DNA of 64,000 bases from Eledone cirrhosa (GCA_964016885.1 OZ024744.1:70246001-70310000); one strand, 5' to 3'; counted from the first letter of the stretch, positions 1 through 15,240 are shown. Program-made: numbers and translations. Notes: generated from the letters alone by a model not told the origin.

Positions 1-261
<261 letters not shown>

Positions 262-1682
262 AATAAACCTTCACATTCTGAATATGGCGTGTGAAGAAAA
301 TTTTGAGTCAACTAAGACTAACCTCGTAATTTCAGTAGCGAATCTCTCTCACTGCGGGAGTTGTTGATGTATTGAAAGGGAAAGAACTCGTATAGCCTCA
401 GCTGATCTAAGTTTTTGGAGTATTTGTAGACAATGCAAGTTAACCTTTTTTTCTTACGCTCTCCTAAGGTAATTTCACCTCAACCGTTTGTCGACACAAT
501 TTACGTGTAATTCTTTTTTCCATTTCTGTATATGTTTGATCATATATTAGTATAGCCAGCGTGCTAATTGAATATGCTTCGCTTAGGTGATCTAATGAGA
601 AGCAAGACTCAGTTTATGTGTGTACAGAGAGACAAACACACATACATATACATACATGCACACATACATACATAATGTGTACTTACATACATACATATAC
701 ACAAACACATACATACGTATATACATACATACATACACATACATAAACACATTTATACATACATATACATACATACATGCATACATACGTACATACGGAC
801 ATACATACATACATAAATACATTCATGCATGCATACATACATACATACACACACACATACATAAATACATACATGCATGCATACAAACATACACACATAC
901 ACACACACATACATACACACATTCATACATACATATATACATACACCATTCGTTCACCCTTCTTCAGAATAACTATGGTGTTCCTGCTTAGCGATGCATC
1001 AAGTTGCTCGGAAGGAGTGGAGAAGGTTCGAGAACATCTGGTGCTTTTATCATTGTCTTCTTTTATGGACGGCATTGCCGTTATTTTCGAAAAAAAAGTA
1101 AACAAGCAAAGTGTTTCGCTATAATTATTCTGGCAATGTCGACACAGCACCAAATTCCAAATATATATCAACTCTCTATTATAAGTTCGTGGATATGATT
1201 ATTATTGGACTGCACAGCGCATTGTGTGTTTTTGAGCAAGTGTGTTCATTAGTTTTCGTTAAAATATCCAAGAAATCTTTGATGAGAGGCAATAGGCCAG
1301 TTAAACATACATCAATGTGAGGTGTAAATTTCATTTATATAATGGAAATATAGAGTGTGAGAAGAAGGAACGAACATTTCTTTGTATATTCTGTCAGCCA
1401 TTTTGGAGAAATTGTGGTCACAGTAGGTATCTTATATATATATATATATATATAAATGAAAGGTATAGAAAATATTGTAGCATAAAGCCAACAGTATTCC
1501 ATAATATATAAGTGACTATAGCGTCAAAATGGGAAAAATAGTTAACGTAACATGTGGGAAAATAATTCAAACTCAACTCAAAAAGAATCAGGATATAGAT
1601 TCATCCACAGAATTTAGTGAAATCCATGGAAAAATCAATAGAGCCTTAACTCAGAATAAAATAAAGTTTACAATACTCATCC

Positions 1683-1750
<68 letters not shown>

Positions 1751-1799
1751 GTATGTATGTATGTATTTGTTTTGCAAGGTTTTTGATATGAAGTAAGTA

Positions 1800-1844
<45 letters not shown>

Positions 1845-1847
<3 letters not shown>

Positions 1848-2007
1848 AAAAGGTATGACCTCGACCTCAGAGCTCAAGCCGTTTCGACGGCTATTTCTGG
1901 ACTCTGCCGTCGGGGTCATACCTTTTCCTATTTCCCAATCTACTACCCTAAGTATTGAGTACTCTGGTGCGTTATGGTCCATCTGGTTCCTTACCACAAT
2001 TCCTTCG

Positions 2008-2010
<3 letters not shown>
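1845..2010 (+). mobile_element. Family A short element: inverted head plus sense tail, flanked by (TA)n
   Basis: Same sequence recurs at 15841, 29526, 39031, 41642, 43428, 46499, 50792, 51016 and 53034. Confidence 0.8.
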
Positions 2011-2040
<30 letters not shown>

Positions 2041-2659
2041 GGATAACAAAATATCGTTATAGGTAATCCAGTTAGAGGTTATGAATACTTCGTATTATGG
2101 ATAGTTTTAGCGTACGGCGTTGTTTGACTCAACAAGAGGTTTCCGTAGGTGGCGACTTTATGAGTTCTCTTGAATTCCTATGTAAGTTAATCTTGGAGTA
2201 ATAATAATGAAAGAATGAAGAATACCATGGTCAACAGTACAAAATAAAACCCTTTTTTGTACTGTTGACCATGTTATTCTTCACTCTTTGATTATATATA
2301 TATATATACCACATACAATACAGACTCAAGTGATTTACAGCAAAAGTTCAAGCCCAAAACATGTGAAGAATCTCCTACCCCCACCTCTAAAAAACTATAT
2401 ACCACCCCACCTCTTGCAAGACTACGATCTGAAGCTCATCAGTTTGACTCTTCGCCGAAAAGATTTCCACTAAGTTTACAGAACTAAGTTTACAGAATAC
2501 TATTTCGTGAATTTCACAACCATAATAGTCATTTGAATATGACTTCCACAAAGAAAGCAGCTATATTTAATGTCGACTTTACATCGAACTTTAAGCCTAT
2601 CCCCTCCCACCAGATTCACTACCTCGCATTCTTACATCCTAAGCCCGAAAATACCACTG

Positions 2660-2900
2660 GTTGCTCTAGCCCACGGCCTTGACATTAACCTCTTCATAAT
2701 CTTCAAACGATGTGCTTTTGAGCTAGCCCCCTTTGTACAGCAAATATTTGAATCTCTTTTTTTTTTCTACAGGGATATACACTGCTCTTTGGAAACAATG
2801 TGTCCTATTCCCAAGTAGAATAACCCCATTCACTCTGCCAACTGCAGTCCTATCACAGTCTTTCAATATTTCAGTGGTAATTGGAATAACCCTTAACAAT
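2660..2900 (+). pseudogene. Degraded CR1/Jockey-type LINE RT N-terminal fragment
   Basis: Frameshifted AHGLD..IFKRCAFELAP..QIF..TGIYTALWKQ..PIPK resembles the PGPDGI..LK.CA.ELAP.L..IF..TG.FP..WK.A...PIPK motif. Confidence 0.6.
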
Positions 2901-3182
2901 GACGATCCCCAAAACACACACAAACACATATCTGTATATATACATTTATACATACAGACATACATGTATATATCTTCTTAACTACCCATATCTCTTTCTC
3001 TCTCTCTATATATATATATATCTTTAGGTTTGTTGGTTCACCACTGGATAGAATTGGTCATTCCGTATGGTCAATCTTGGTGTAATATTGTGGAGAGTAC
3101 TCAACGTAGTGCAGTTCACCCGTCTTCATTTGTGTAGTTGGTGGCGCGAATACGGAGTTAATATTCCTTTGTTATATTTCGA

Positions 3183-3240
3183 ATACCTGATGATATCACC
3201 GGATTCATATGGAACCCGGTCATTGAAATGATCATAGTAT
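3183..3240 (+). ncRNA. Type I hammerhead ribozyme motif
   Basis: ATAC-CTGATGA-stem II (ACCGG/CCGGT)-GAA-ATGATCAT (palindrome)-A-GTAT, immediately followed by AATAAA. Confidence 0.8.
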
Positions 3241-3335
3241 AATAAACCTTCCAAGGGTTTACACCAGTCCAGCCTCCTGTTACTTTATATATATATATAT
3301 ATATATATATACATACATACATATACATATATATA

Positions 3336-3411
3336 TTTCTTCAACAGGTTATGCCTTTATGAAGCCATATACATATATATATGGCTTCATAAAGGCATAA
3401 CCTGTTGAAGA
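3336..3411. repeat. Inverted repeat centred on a TA tract
   Basis: TTCTTCAACAGGTTATGCCTTTATGAAGCCAT and its reverse complement. Confidence 0.9.
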
Positions 3412-4129
3412 AACTGTCCAACACTGGATGCTTCTACTGTGGGGTACAGAACCCAGCATGTTGTGATCGAAGGAGTATGATCATATTGTGTAGTCACTCC
3501 ATATGAAACAAACAATTATGGAAATTGAAACACCTCAGAAATCAAATACAAAAAAAAAAAAAAGGTGATTTAAAAGTCTTAAAAATCTAAACCTTTGAAC
3601 GCTACATCATTTGTATAATGTGAAAAAATATTCTATCAATATTGCTCAACTGATGCTCTGACATCACTTTTAAAATCCACACAAGATTTCCGGATGCTAT
3701 CTGTCTCCTCCGTTAGAGTGACAGATAAAATGTCTGTTGATATTAGTTCCGGTTCTATGCGCTCTGAGTTCAAATCCTGGTGTTGTCAACTTGGCCTTTC
3801 TTTCCTTTAACTCCGGTTCGAGAAAGTATGTAGCAGACCTTTACTAGAGCAACCTTTTCTTTACTCCAATTGTCAAATCTTGAATGTTCCTTTGTGTAAA
3901 ATGTGGGAGGGTCTAAGGTGTGTTTAAGCTTGCTATGTGGCGGCATGGGTTACATAGGGACATACAAACAATAAGGAAAACATGAGACAAAATATCAAAT
4001 CATATCCGATTGCAAGTAACGGACAGGTATTTTTTTACATCATATATATGAATATATATATATGTATATGTAGGTATAGAATAAGGAAAAGCGAAGTAGT
4101 TTCAGATGTTCAAGTCCTTTAATAATAAT

Positions 4130-4203
4130 GCTGTGATATATATTTCAGTGACGACACTGGCCACACTGTTCTGTGTGCGAGTGTCGTGTCATCATCAGAC
4201 AGC
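4130..4203 (-). ncRNA. Type I hammerhead ribozyme motif
   Basis: Minus strand GCTGT-CTGATGA-long stem II (ACGACACT/AGTGTCGT, CACAC/GTGTG)-GAA-ATATATAT-C-ACAGC. Confidence 0.8.
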
Positions 4204-4411
4204 TTGTTACATAATAAGGTTATGTTTCCGAGGCAATCCAAATTGGATCGACATGGGAACGGATGAATTGCGTGTTTTGGGGTTTTTCATCAGCTCCCTT
4301 GTGAGTGCCAATTCACCCCCACCGGCCTGCGCAAGCGCATGTCCGAAGGAAGTTGAATTGCATCAATGTTTATCCTAATATGTGTAGGTATATATATATA
4401 TATAAATATAT

Positions 4412-4463
<52 letters not shown>

Positions 4464-4525
4464 CTTTATTTATATATATATATATATATAACTTTATTTA
4501 TATGTATATATATATTTAACTTTAT

Positions 4526-4591
<66 letters not shown>

Positions 4592-4989
4592 TTATATAGA
4601 TTTACATATACATAAACTAGACAGAGCCATAGATATATATATATATGTGTTTTTGACAACCATTCACGGTGTGGCTAAATGATTCTATGGACGTACTTTC
4701 TTGTATATATAAATTTATTTATATATATATACATATATATATATATATAAATAAATATAAGGTTTTACACGTATATATATATAAAATAAAAAATAAATAA
4801 AAAATAAATAAAAAAAAATAAAAAAAAATAAAAATAAAAAAATAAATAAAAAAAAAATTAAAAAAAATAAAAAATAAAAAATTTCGGTCTACATGGCTGA
4901 ATATAATCTGAATTTTTCGAATATTAATAATAATATTCGTTTCGTTTGCAATTATGCTAACAAGCCTCATTTTTTAAAGCCATCTATAT

Positions 4990-5122
4990 CAGCTTTCCTG
5001 ATGATTTCTCCGAATGAAACAGTTCTAGTCCTGTAGAAGCCATTTCTATATTAAATATCTATACTCTGCTATGTATTAAATACCTAACTTATTGTGGTTA
5101 CCCCCGATTGAACCCGGGATAA
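4990..5122 (+). mobile_element. Family B short element with hammerhead-like core
   Basis: CTGATGA-TTTCTCCGAAT-GAAAC-AGTTCTA-GTC; stem I weak or offset; copies at 5660-5716, 29941-30013, 41737-41932, 48733-48842. Confidence 0.65.
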
Positions 5123-5236
5123 ACATATATATATATATATATATATATATAAGCACATATATATATATATATACTTACTATATATTATATATATGTGTGT
5201 GTGCGTATATGTATATATGTATCTGTGTATTACATT

Positions 5237-5420
5237 AATAACTGTTTCTACTTTTGGCACAAGGCCAGCAATTATCCCAGTATATTACTGGTACTTTATT
5301 TTATCGACCCCGTAAGGATGAAGAAAGGCAAAGTCAACCTCGGCGGGATTTGAACTCAGATCGTAAAGGGACATAACTATGTTGGAAAGCATGTCCGACC
5401 CTCTACCGATACTGCCAATT
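5237..5420 (-). mobile_element. tRNA-derived SINE (major family)
   Basis: A box TGGCAGTATCGG, B box GAGTTCAAATCC, central CATCCTTACGGGGTCGATAAAATAAAGTACCAG, short (ATT)n tail. Confidence 0.9.
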
Positions 5421-6320
5421 CATATATTAATAACACGACTAAGGTCAAGTTGATCATTTTTATGAAGGATTTTTCATAATTCACTGCTGAATATTTTTCT
5501 TAAAATCCGGCATTGAAGGTTTTACATGTACACCCCTGAGCCTCTGCAACATGTTAATAGTTTTATGAGTTTAGAAAAGCTATTGTTGCAAGCCAAACAA
5601 AACATTAATAAGGAAATGTGAAGCATCTTTAATAAAATATATATATATATATATATAATATTAAAATGGTTTCTACAGGACTAGTACTGTTTCATTCGAA
5701 GGAAATCACCAGGAAATGATGATAAAATGATATAATATGATATAATATATCATATAATATATATATATATATATTATATATATTGTATGTATATATATAT
5801 ATCATATATATATATGTATATATATATATGTATATATATATATGTATATATATATAAATACATATATTTATATACATATGATATATATGATATATATATA
5901 TACATATATATATATGTATATATATATATCATATATATCATATATATATATATAAATATATGTATATATATATATATATATATAGCGGCATTGGTAAAGA
6001 AATGGGGCTATAACAAAAGATATGTCCAAATCATACAAACATACTCATAACATACAGACACGCGTGCGCGTGTGTGCGTATGAGTGTTTGTCTGTATGTG
6101 TATGTGTAACTGTATGTGTATGTGTAACTGTGTGTGTGTGCGCGTGTGTGTGTCTGTGTTTGTATGTTATGTGTTTGTTCGCATTCATGTGTCTAAAAAG
6201 TGTTGTCCCTTATGTTGCCTTAATTTATGGCTAAGAAAAAATCAATAAAAAAATTACATGTCTGAAATAATTGGTGGTATTGATATATGATTGATTATAT
6301 CTCACTCAACTAACCGAAAG

Positions 6321-6356
<36 letters not shown>

Positions 6357-6460
6357 TATATATATATATACATACATACATATAATTGTGTGTGGTGGTG
6401 TGCGTGTGTGTGTATATAAGTTATATACTATATATATATATATACTGAATTTTTCTCATG

Positions 6461-6510
6461 ACAGGCTGAAGAAATTGGGTCCCAGAATTCAACGAAACTT
6501 GAGAACCTGT
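6461..6510 (+). ncRNA. Degenerate hammerhead at the head of a family C/D element (tail to 6637)
   Basis: ACAGG-CTGAAGA-...CAAC-GAA-ACTTGAGA-A-CCTGT; 5-bp stem I, U16.1 mutated. Confidence 0.55.
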
Positions 6511-6670
6511 TTATGTCACTATTGTAATTATTTATATACATATATAAATATTTGCTCTACGGTTCTTATATATTTGATATATATTTATCCTTATCGAGCC
6601 CTCTTCGGATTTTAGTCTTCACATTTATTATTATAACTATATATATATATATATAATGTATACATCTATA

Positions 6671-6709
<39 letters not shown>

Positions 6710-6714
6710 ACATC

Positions 6715-6765
<51 letters not shown>

Positions 6766-6838
6766 ATATATAAGAGAGTATTGAAGTTTGCTTGAAGCAT
6801 TGTGGAACAATAAGTAAATATAAGTCGTTTGGAAGCCT

Positions 6839-6987
<149 letters not shown>

Positions 6988-7188
6988 AACACACACACAC
7001 ACATAAATGTAAGGCCGCAGGGAGGAAGAATATTTTAACACATAAATATATATCATTGTATAAATATGATAGAAATTGAAGTGCTGACGGAACTTTCAGC
7101 ATACAGAAATATTTCATTCGGTTTATGGCGATAGTTTACATTCCTCATGTGTGTTCGTAAGTAAATAAATAAAAGTATGTATATATGT

Positions 7189-7334
<146 letters not shown>

Positions 7335-8171
7335 ATGTATGTTTGTGTGTGTGTATATATATATATATATATGTGTGTGTGTATATATACATATACATAT
7401 ATATATAAATATATATATATATGTGTGTGTGTGTGTGTATATATATATATACAGTATATATATTTATATAAATATATATATATATATATAGGGAAAGAGA
7501 AAGAGAGAGCGAGAGAGAGAGGGTGGGTGGGAGAGAGAAAGAAATATATGTATACGTGAATTTTTACACACACACACATACAGAGACACACACACACGCA
7601 AACACACACACATTCACATACACACACACACGTGTGTGTGTGTGTATACAAGATTTTGCCCGGTGTTCAGTTGATGACATTTCAATATAGGATTAAATTC
7701 GGCATCCTTCTGACACCTGCTTTTATTTTTCTGTTCACGTAAAGAATGTCCGCAAAGCCGTTGATCACATCTACCCAGCATATTTAATCCCCCGTAATAT
7801 ACATGCAGTGTTTGCTGGGGATAAATTAATGTCGTATATTCTCTTGTACATTATGTAAAACATATTACATTAACCCTTTGCCTACAAAACCGTTTTGGCT
7901 TCATTGATACAAAGCTATTTATTTTAAATGGATCGTATCGATCTAATGTAAGAACCATCGGTAAGTTATGTTCCAAAGGTAAGATAGATACGGAGGGATT
8001 TTTGTTATTTATTAAATTCCTTCAAATTCTTCAATTTTTTTTTCAATTTTTTTTTGAAAATTAATTGAACATCATAGTCAGTATTTCATACATAATAAAT
8101 TGGTAATGAAATAGTTAAGTAACTGAAATATTGGGGGGGAAAAAAAACATATCTATATGAAAAAGGTACAC

Positions 8172-8350
8172 AAATAGTTTCTGATTTAGGCACAAAGCCA
8201 ACAGTTTTAGGGGAGAGGAAAGTCGATTAAAATCGACCCCAGTGTGTTACTGGTATATTATTATTATCGACCCGATAAGGATGAAAGGCAAAACTAACCT
8301 CGACAGGATTTGAACTCAGAACGTTAAGGACCGTAACTCTATGCCGTAAA
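8172..8350 (-). mobile_element. tRNA-derived SINE, longer variant
   Basis: Same core and B box as 5237-5420. Confidence 0.85.
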
Positions 8351-8606
8351 TTATACAAGATATAATGACGCTGCATACATGTGTAGATAAATACATATGT
8401 AAACATGATAAAGTTGTGTATAGTGTCTGAGGATGTCTGTATCGAAAGTCGAACTCATATCAGATGGTTCACTTTTTTTTTATGTTCAGCGGAGAAATAC
8501 TTGGCAAACACATAATTTCACATATAACAAGTGTATTTATAGGCATATTTAATTCGAGTAAATCTACAACTGTTTCTTTATAGACATGTGATCATTGTAC
8601 ATTATA

Positions 8607-8681
<75 letters not shown>

Positions 8682-8828
8682 AACAGACGCACATATATAT
8701 ATAATATACATTTACATAAACATATATACATACATACACACAAATGTGTATGCATATATATAATATACATTTACATAAACATATATACATACATACACAC
8801 AAATGTGTATGCATATATATAATATACC

Positions 8829-8872
<44 letters not shown>

Positions 8873-9308
8873 TACATAGGCATAGTGTATATATATATGT
8901 ATGTATATATATATATAGGCATATTGTGTATGTATATATATATATATATATACAGTATATATATGTGTGTGTGTATATATATAAATATATATATATACAC
9001 ACACATACATATACACATATGCAGACACAAACACAGACACACACACCCACACAGTCAGAACCCCCCCCCCCCCCGACCACACACATTTTCTGTGCATTGC
9101 TCGGTACGCTTTTACGCTTTTTACGTAGTCAGAATCTTCTTTAAGCCGTGTAATCACTCTTGGCAGTTTCAATTTAGACTTGACGAATTAGTTTAAAGAA
9201 CAAAATGAAAAATATATCGATGCTAAATATGTGAATAATATATGCAAATATATATGTAATATATGTATTTGTAGACATTTATCCATCTATCGTTCATACA
9301 TACAAGCT

Positions 9309-9356
<48 letters not shown>

Positions 9357-9370
9357 CACATATACCTACA

Positions 9371-9780
9371 TGTTGGCTGCCAACTCGTTTTCGAGTACGG
9401 CCACTACTTTATATCCATGTAGGAGAACCCCTACCGATGCGCTGAACGAGTGTGTCTTTTTAGTCCAGCCAGCGACTTGAAAACTCTGGTACAAACACTA
9501 CACTTGTGACAATTATTGACACATAGTGCTGGGCTCATGGCAACATGTGATGACAAGTGCAGAGAGATCTCCAGATATAAAGCAATGCCTGTGCTGTGAA
9601 GCTTTTATAGTGAGCAAAGGCACTGCACAAAGCCAGTCCCACTCTCTTAACCAAGATGATATTTACCAAAAAGAAGAACAAGTCAACATCATTGGATACC
9701 ATCAGGGTTGCAGGTGTTATATCAGAGTTTTCCTTCTCCTAGAATTCTGCCTTGACAAAGGCTAAGGGGTCATCTCTCAT
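9371..9780 (-). mobile_element. Non-autonomous RTE-related element ending in a (TATG)n-type tail
   Basis: Near-identical to 30672-31105, 33825-34170, 49398-49655 and 51951-52560. Confidence 0.7.
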
Positions 9781-9957
9781 CTCTCATACATACATACATA
9801 TATACATGCATACATACATATATACATACTTATATGCATACATATGTACATACATAAATGCATACATACATACATACATACATACATACATACATACATA
9901 CATACCTACATACATACATACATACATACATACATACATACATACATACATACATAC

Positions 9958-10262
9958 ATGATAGCTTCCCCCTCGTTATCGAGTACGGCCATTGCACGAT
10001 AAAACATTATTAATAATTATTAATTAATTCTATCGTGCAATGCCTGTGCGTGAAGATATTTTTAAAGTGAGGAAAGACTGTGCACTGAGCCAATCCCACT
10101 CTCTGAGCGACAGTAGCTATAACCTGAAAAGAAGAAAAGATCAACATCATAGGTAACTACTGAGCCGCAGGTTTTATATCGGAGTTATCCTAGTTTCCTG
10201 AGTTGCCTTCTCCTAGAAGAATGCCCTGACAAAGGCTAGGGGTCCTTCACTCCCAGTGGTTT
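9958..10262 (-). mobile_element. Second RTE-related non-autonomous subfamily with (TATG)n tail
   Basis: Copies at 16180-16423, 31533-31650, 51786-51925; shares TGCAATGCCTGTG and CCCACTCTCT blocks with the first subfamily. Confidence 0.65.
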
Positions 10263-10341
10263 AACCGCACGGTACATGTGTATATACATATTTACACACT
10301 TTTGGATGGCCGCTGACTCTTATGAGTTCTTCCGCCCTTTT

Positions 10342-10857
10342 CATACATACATACACACATACATACGTATATACATACATACAAACATACATACATACAT
10401 ACAAACATACATACATACAAACATACATACATACACACATACATACATACATACACACATACATAATACATACAAACATACACACATACATACATACATA
10501 CACACATACATACACACATACATACATACACACATACACACATACATACATACATACATACATACATACATACATACATACATACATACATACATACATA
10601 CATACATACATACATACATACATACATACATACATACATACATACATACATACACACATACATACATACACACATACACACATACATACATACATACATA
10701 CATACATACATACCTACATACATACATACATACATACATACATACATACATACATACATACACACATACATACACACATACATACATACACACATACACA
10801 CATACATACATACATACATACATACATACATACATACAAACATACATACATACATAC

Positions 10858-10888
<31 letters not shown>

Positions 10889-11418
10889 CATACATACATA
10901 CATACACACATACATACATACATACAAACATACACACATACATACATACATACACACATACATACACACATACATACATACATACATACATACATACATA
11001 CATACATACATACATACATACATACATACATACATACATACATACATACATACACACATACATACATACAAACATACACACATACATACATACACACATA
11101 CATACACACATACATACATACATACATACATACATACATACATACATACATACATACATACATACATACACACATACACACATACATACATACATACATA
11201 CATACATACATACATACATACATACATACATACATACACACATACATACACACATACATACATACATACATACATACATACATACATACATACATACATA
11301 CATACATACATACATACATACATACATACATACATACATACATACATACATACATACATACATACATACATACATACATACATACATACATACATACATA
11401 CACACATACATACATACA

Positions 11419-11447
<29 letters not shown>
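10342..11447. repeat. About 1.1 kb (TACA)n microsatellite
   Basis: Direct; source of the HTYI/MYVC pseudo-ORFs. Confidence 0.99.
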
Positions 11448-11449
<2 letters not shown>

Positions 11450-11960
11450 TCCTGATCTCGGTTCTGCCGTCTTGATTTAGCCGATCACATCGACCCCAGT
11501 ACTTCTTTTCGACTTTATTCATCGATTATATTTTGTCTATCTGTTAAGTTACGAGACACAACCACAGACACATACACACTGAAATGCACGCAGACTCACG
11601 TGTGTGTGTATATCTGTGTATATGTAGGTGCGTATATGTGGGTGAATTGTGACAGAAAACGAACTATCAATTGTATCGAAAGTAGTAATGTGCGCATGTG
11701 CTAGCAGCGGAGAATGTCGGAATATAATCGGAAATATTTTGTTGCTGGTTTTGTCATCAACCTATATTTATATGCACACACATACTAATATAAATTTATA
11801 CATACATGTAAATAGTTACTTTATACATACACACGTTAATAACTATATGTAAATATATATATAATATATTTATATATATATATATATAATATGTATATGT
11901 GTGTGTATATATATATATTTGTTCGTACTGCCCTCTCTGTTTTGTTCCCGTTCAATTTTT

Positions 11961-12020
<60 letters not shown>

Positions 12021-12026
<6 letters not shown>

Positions 12027-12240
12027 AAGAAGAAATTAAAAGCTGGTTAAAAGAGTTCCATATATTTTATTTTGCGCATATTAATATATATGGAACTCCA
12101 TTAAAATATATGGAACTCTTTTAACTATCTTTTAATTTCTTCTTTATTATATATACTCCAGTTCTACCAACTGTTGAGTGCTACTTATCTGATATATGCA
12201 TAGTTTTATTGTTCTACAATATTACTCACCTTCTACATTA
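12021..12240 (+). mobile_element. Family F fold-back element between (TA)n tracts
   Basis: Inverted repeat 12021-12152; homologous to 23441-23640. Confidence 0.7.
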
Positions 12241-12451
12241 TATATATATATATTTATATATATGTGTGTGTATATATATGTATGTATATATATAATATTT
12301 ATATGTCTGTGTATATATATATATAATATATGTATATATATGTATATATATATATATACATATACATACACATATACATATATTTATATATATATATATG
12401 TGTGTGTGTATCAAAACGCCAATTCTCAAACAAATTATTGGCATAATCATT

Positions 12452-12620
12452 AATGGTTTCTTATATAGGCAGAAGGCCAGCAAATACCCAGTGTATTACT
12501 GGTACTTTATTTTATCGACCCCGTAAGGATGAAAGGCAAAGTTAACCTCGGCGGGATTTGAACTCAGAATGGCAAGGGCCGTAACTCTATGCGTCAAAGC
12601 ATGGCGTCCGACCCTCTATT
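12452..12620 (-). mobile_element. tRNA-derived SINE
   Basis: Major family. Confidence 0.9.
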
Positions 12621-12871
12621 AATGTTTCTGTTTTATACTATTAAAAATATGATAGAAATAGCTTCCAAAAGAATTCAAAAATTAGTTTTGAATAAAGTAA
12701 GCACTGGATAAAAAACCGGAAATTTTTCATCATCATCATAACTATGATCACCACCACCACCACCATCATCATCACCATCACTACCATCATCAGCATCACT
12801 ACCATCATCATCACCATCACTATCATCATCATCACCATCACCACCACCATCACCATCACCAACAATATGGA

Positions 12872-13168
12872 AAATAATTGTTTCAACTTTTGGCACAAGG
12901 CCAGCAAATTACTCAGTGCATTACTGGTACTTTATTTTATCGACCCCGTAAGGATGAAAGGCAAAGTCAATCGGCGGGATTTGATCTCAGATCGTAAAGG
13001 GACGTAACTATGCTGGAATGCGTGGCGTCCAACCCTCTAACGATATTGCCAGGAAAATAATTGTTTCTACTTTTGGCACAAGGCCAGCAATTACTCAGTG
13101 CATTACTGGTACTTTATTTTATCGATGAAAGGTAAGGATGAAAGGCAAAGTTGACCTCGGTGGGATTA
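12872..13168 (-). mobile_element. Two tandem tRNA-derived SINE copies (second partial)
   Basis: Major family. Confidence 0.9.
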
Positions 13169-13639
13169 GGAAAATAATATTTGAAAACAACGACTGAATG
13201 GATACTAAACTATTACAAGTTATATGAAACATAAATTTGGAAGTGTCATTCATATATGTTTGCTACTGTTTATAATAGTCGGCGAATAAATGAATATAAA
13301 ATATATAAGATATATAAGATATATAAATATATAAATGTATTAATAAATACAGGTCTCTAATATTAAAATATACGATAAATAGTTATTTATGTCTATAAAC
13401 TCTATAAACGTGCAAACATGTCAGTTGGCATAGTTTGTTAAATATTGACAAAATTAATATATATTATATATATTATATATATATATTATATATATATATA
13501 TATGTGTGTGTGTGTTTGTGTGTGTGTGTGTATGTGCGAGCGCGCGCGCGTTGTGTGTGTACATATATATATATATACGTACATTTGAATATATATATAT
13601 ACAGTTGAAAATTGCAAACTTGACTGTCACCACACATTA

Positions 13640-13678
13640 TGAACCTGAAGATTGCGAAAGCATGAAGGTACTTGTTCA
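13640..13678 (+). ncRNA. Minimal hammerhead with A15.1G substitution
   Basis: TGAAC-CTGAAGA-T-TGC(GAAA)GCA-T-GAA-GGTACT-T-GTTCA; stem III one base from the palindrome AGTACT. Confidence 0.65.
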
Positions 13679-13974
13679 ATTAACACGTAACATTTAATAT
13701 TCTACCATACTATTTCATTATAATACCATTATAAATTTTAAAGGATTGTAAATAAAACGAGTAAATCAGATAAAGTTGGAATTCCTTTTATTAATATAAT
13801 CTTCTATACACAATCATACACACCCGTGTATATTTATCTATCTCTCTCTATATATATACGTATATACACATGTATATATATGTATATATATATATATATA
13901 TGTGTGTATGTGAGTGTGTGTATGTACCTATATTATATATTTATTTATACAGACACACACAGACACACATACAT

Positions 13975-14007
<33 letters not shown>

Positions 14008-14062
14008 CATATATATGTAATATGTATATATGTATGTAATATGTATATATCTATACACACAA

Positions 14063-14101
<39 letters not shown>

Positions 14102-14469
14102 AATGTATGTGTGTATGTATCTATGTGTGCATGCATGTTTATGTATGCATGTATCTTCTCCCTCTAAATTTATGTGTATGTATATGTGTAAGTATGTGAG
14201 TATTACAATATAAAACATATATTGCTACATGTTATACAGATTCAAACGTTATTTTATACGAGACTCAGTGCAAAGAATTATAGTCAGATAATATATTTCA
14301 TATGATGATGTCGCAGATAGTTGCAATATAATATCCGGACAGAGTACTCAACATTTAAATAAGAAATTATGAAGGGTTTTTGATTGCTGTCCACATTTAA
14401 TATTGAATGTACTTCATATAAAAAAATATATGACAGCATTTACTTATAAATGAAAGTGTTTGTTCCTAT

Positions 14470-14524
<55 letters not shown>

Positions 14525-14601
14525 ATAACAATAATAATAAATAACGCCGCAGACGGAATTTTTCCTATTTCTACACCCACTTTGCATCTCTCCATCGCAG
14601 A

Positions 14602-14685
<84 letters not shown>

Positions 14686-14749
14686 CACACACACACACAC
14701 ATATATATATATATACACATATCTACCAACTCATAATATTATATTATAA

Positions 14750-14872
14750 AATTAATTGTTTGTACTTTTTGGCACAAGGCCAGCAATTACTCAGTACATT
14801 ACTGGTACTTTATTTTATCGACCCCGTAAGGATGAAAGGCAAAGTTAACCTCGGCGGGATTTGAACTCAGAT
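14750..14872 (-). mobile_element. 5'-truncated tRNA-derived SINE
   Basis: Major family. Confidence 0.85.
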
Positions 14873-15202
14873 TATATTATAACATTAATGCAAATTATTT
14901 AGAACTACAAGTGAAGTCATTTTTTTCCTTTTTTTCAAATATATATATATATATGTATATATATATAGTGAAGAGTTGGACGGGAACAAAAACAGAGAGG
15001 CAGACAAATAAAGGTTTATTAGGTTCACGATCTTGAGAGTGGGTGTGTGTGTGTGTGAGGTGGGGGTGGGGTGGGGGTGATATATATATATATACACAAA
15101 TATATATATATTTATATATACACAGAGGTATCCACTGTAAGTTGTGGGGTCTATTCTGTATGAAGAACTCAATGTAATCCATATGTTGAAAATGCTGTGG
15201 GT

Positions 15203-15240
<38 letters not shown>

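Noticed and set aside
8423-8460. CTGAGGA..GAAAGTCGAACTC hammerhead-like string
   Set aside because: Stem II forms only by using core bases and stem I is half G-U; too degenerate to call.
9526-9765. Recurrent 79-aa ORF (MLG.W.HV..SAERSPDIKQ)
   Set aside because: Antisense frame of a repeat family with a non-ATG start; recurrence reflects copy number.
10276-11522. Long ORFs of 380-400 aa (HTYI/MYVC repeats) and all similar YI/HT/CV ORFs
   Set aside because: Translations of stop-free microsatellites.
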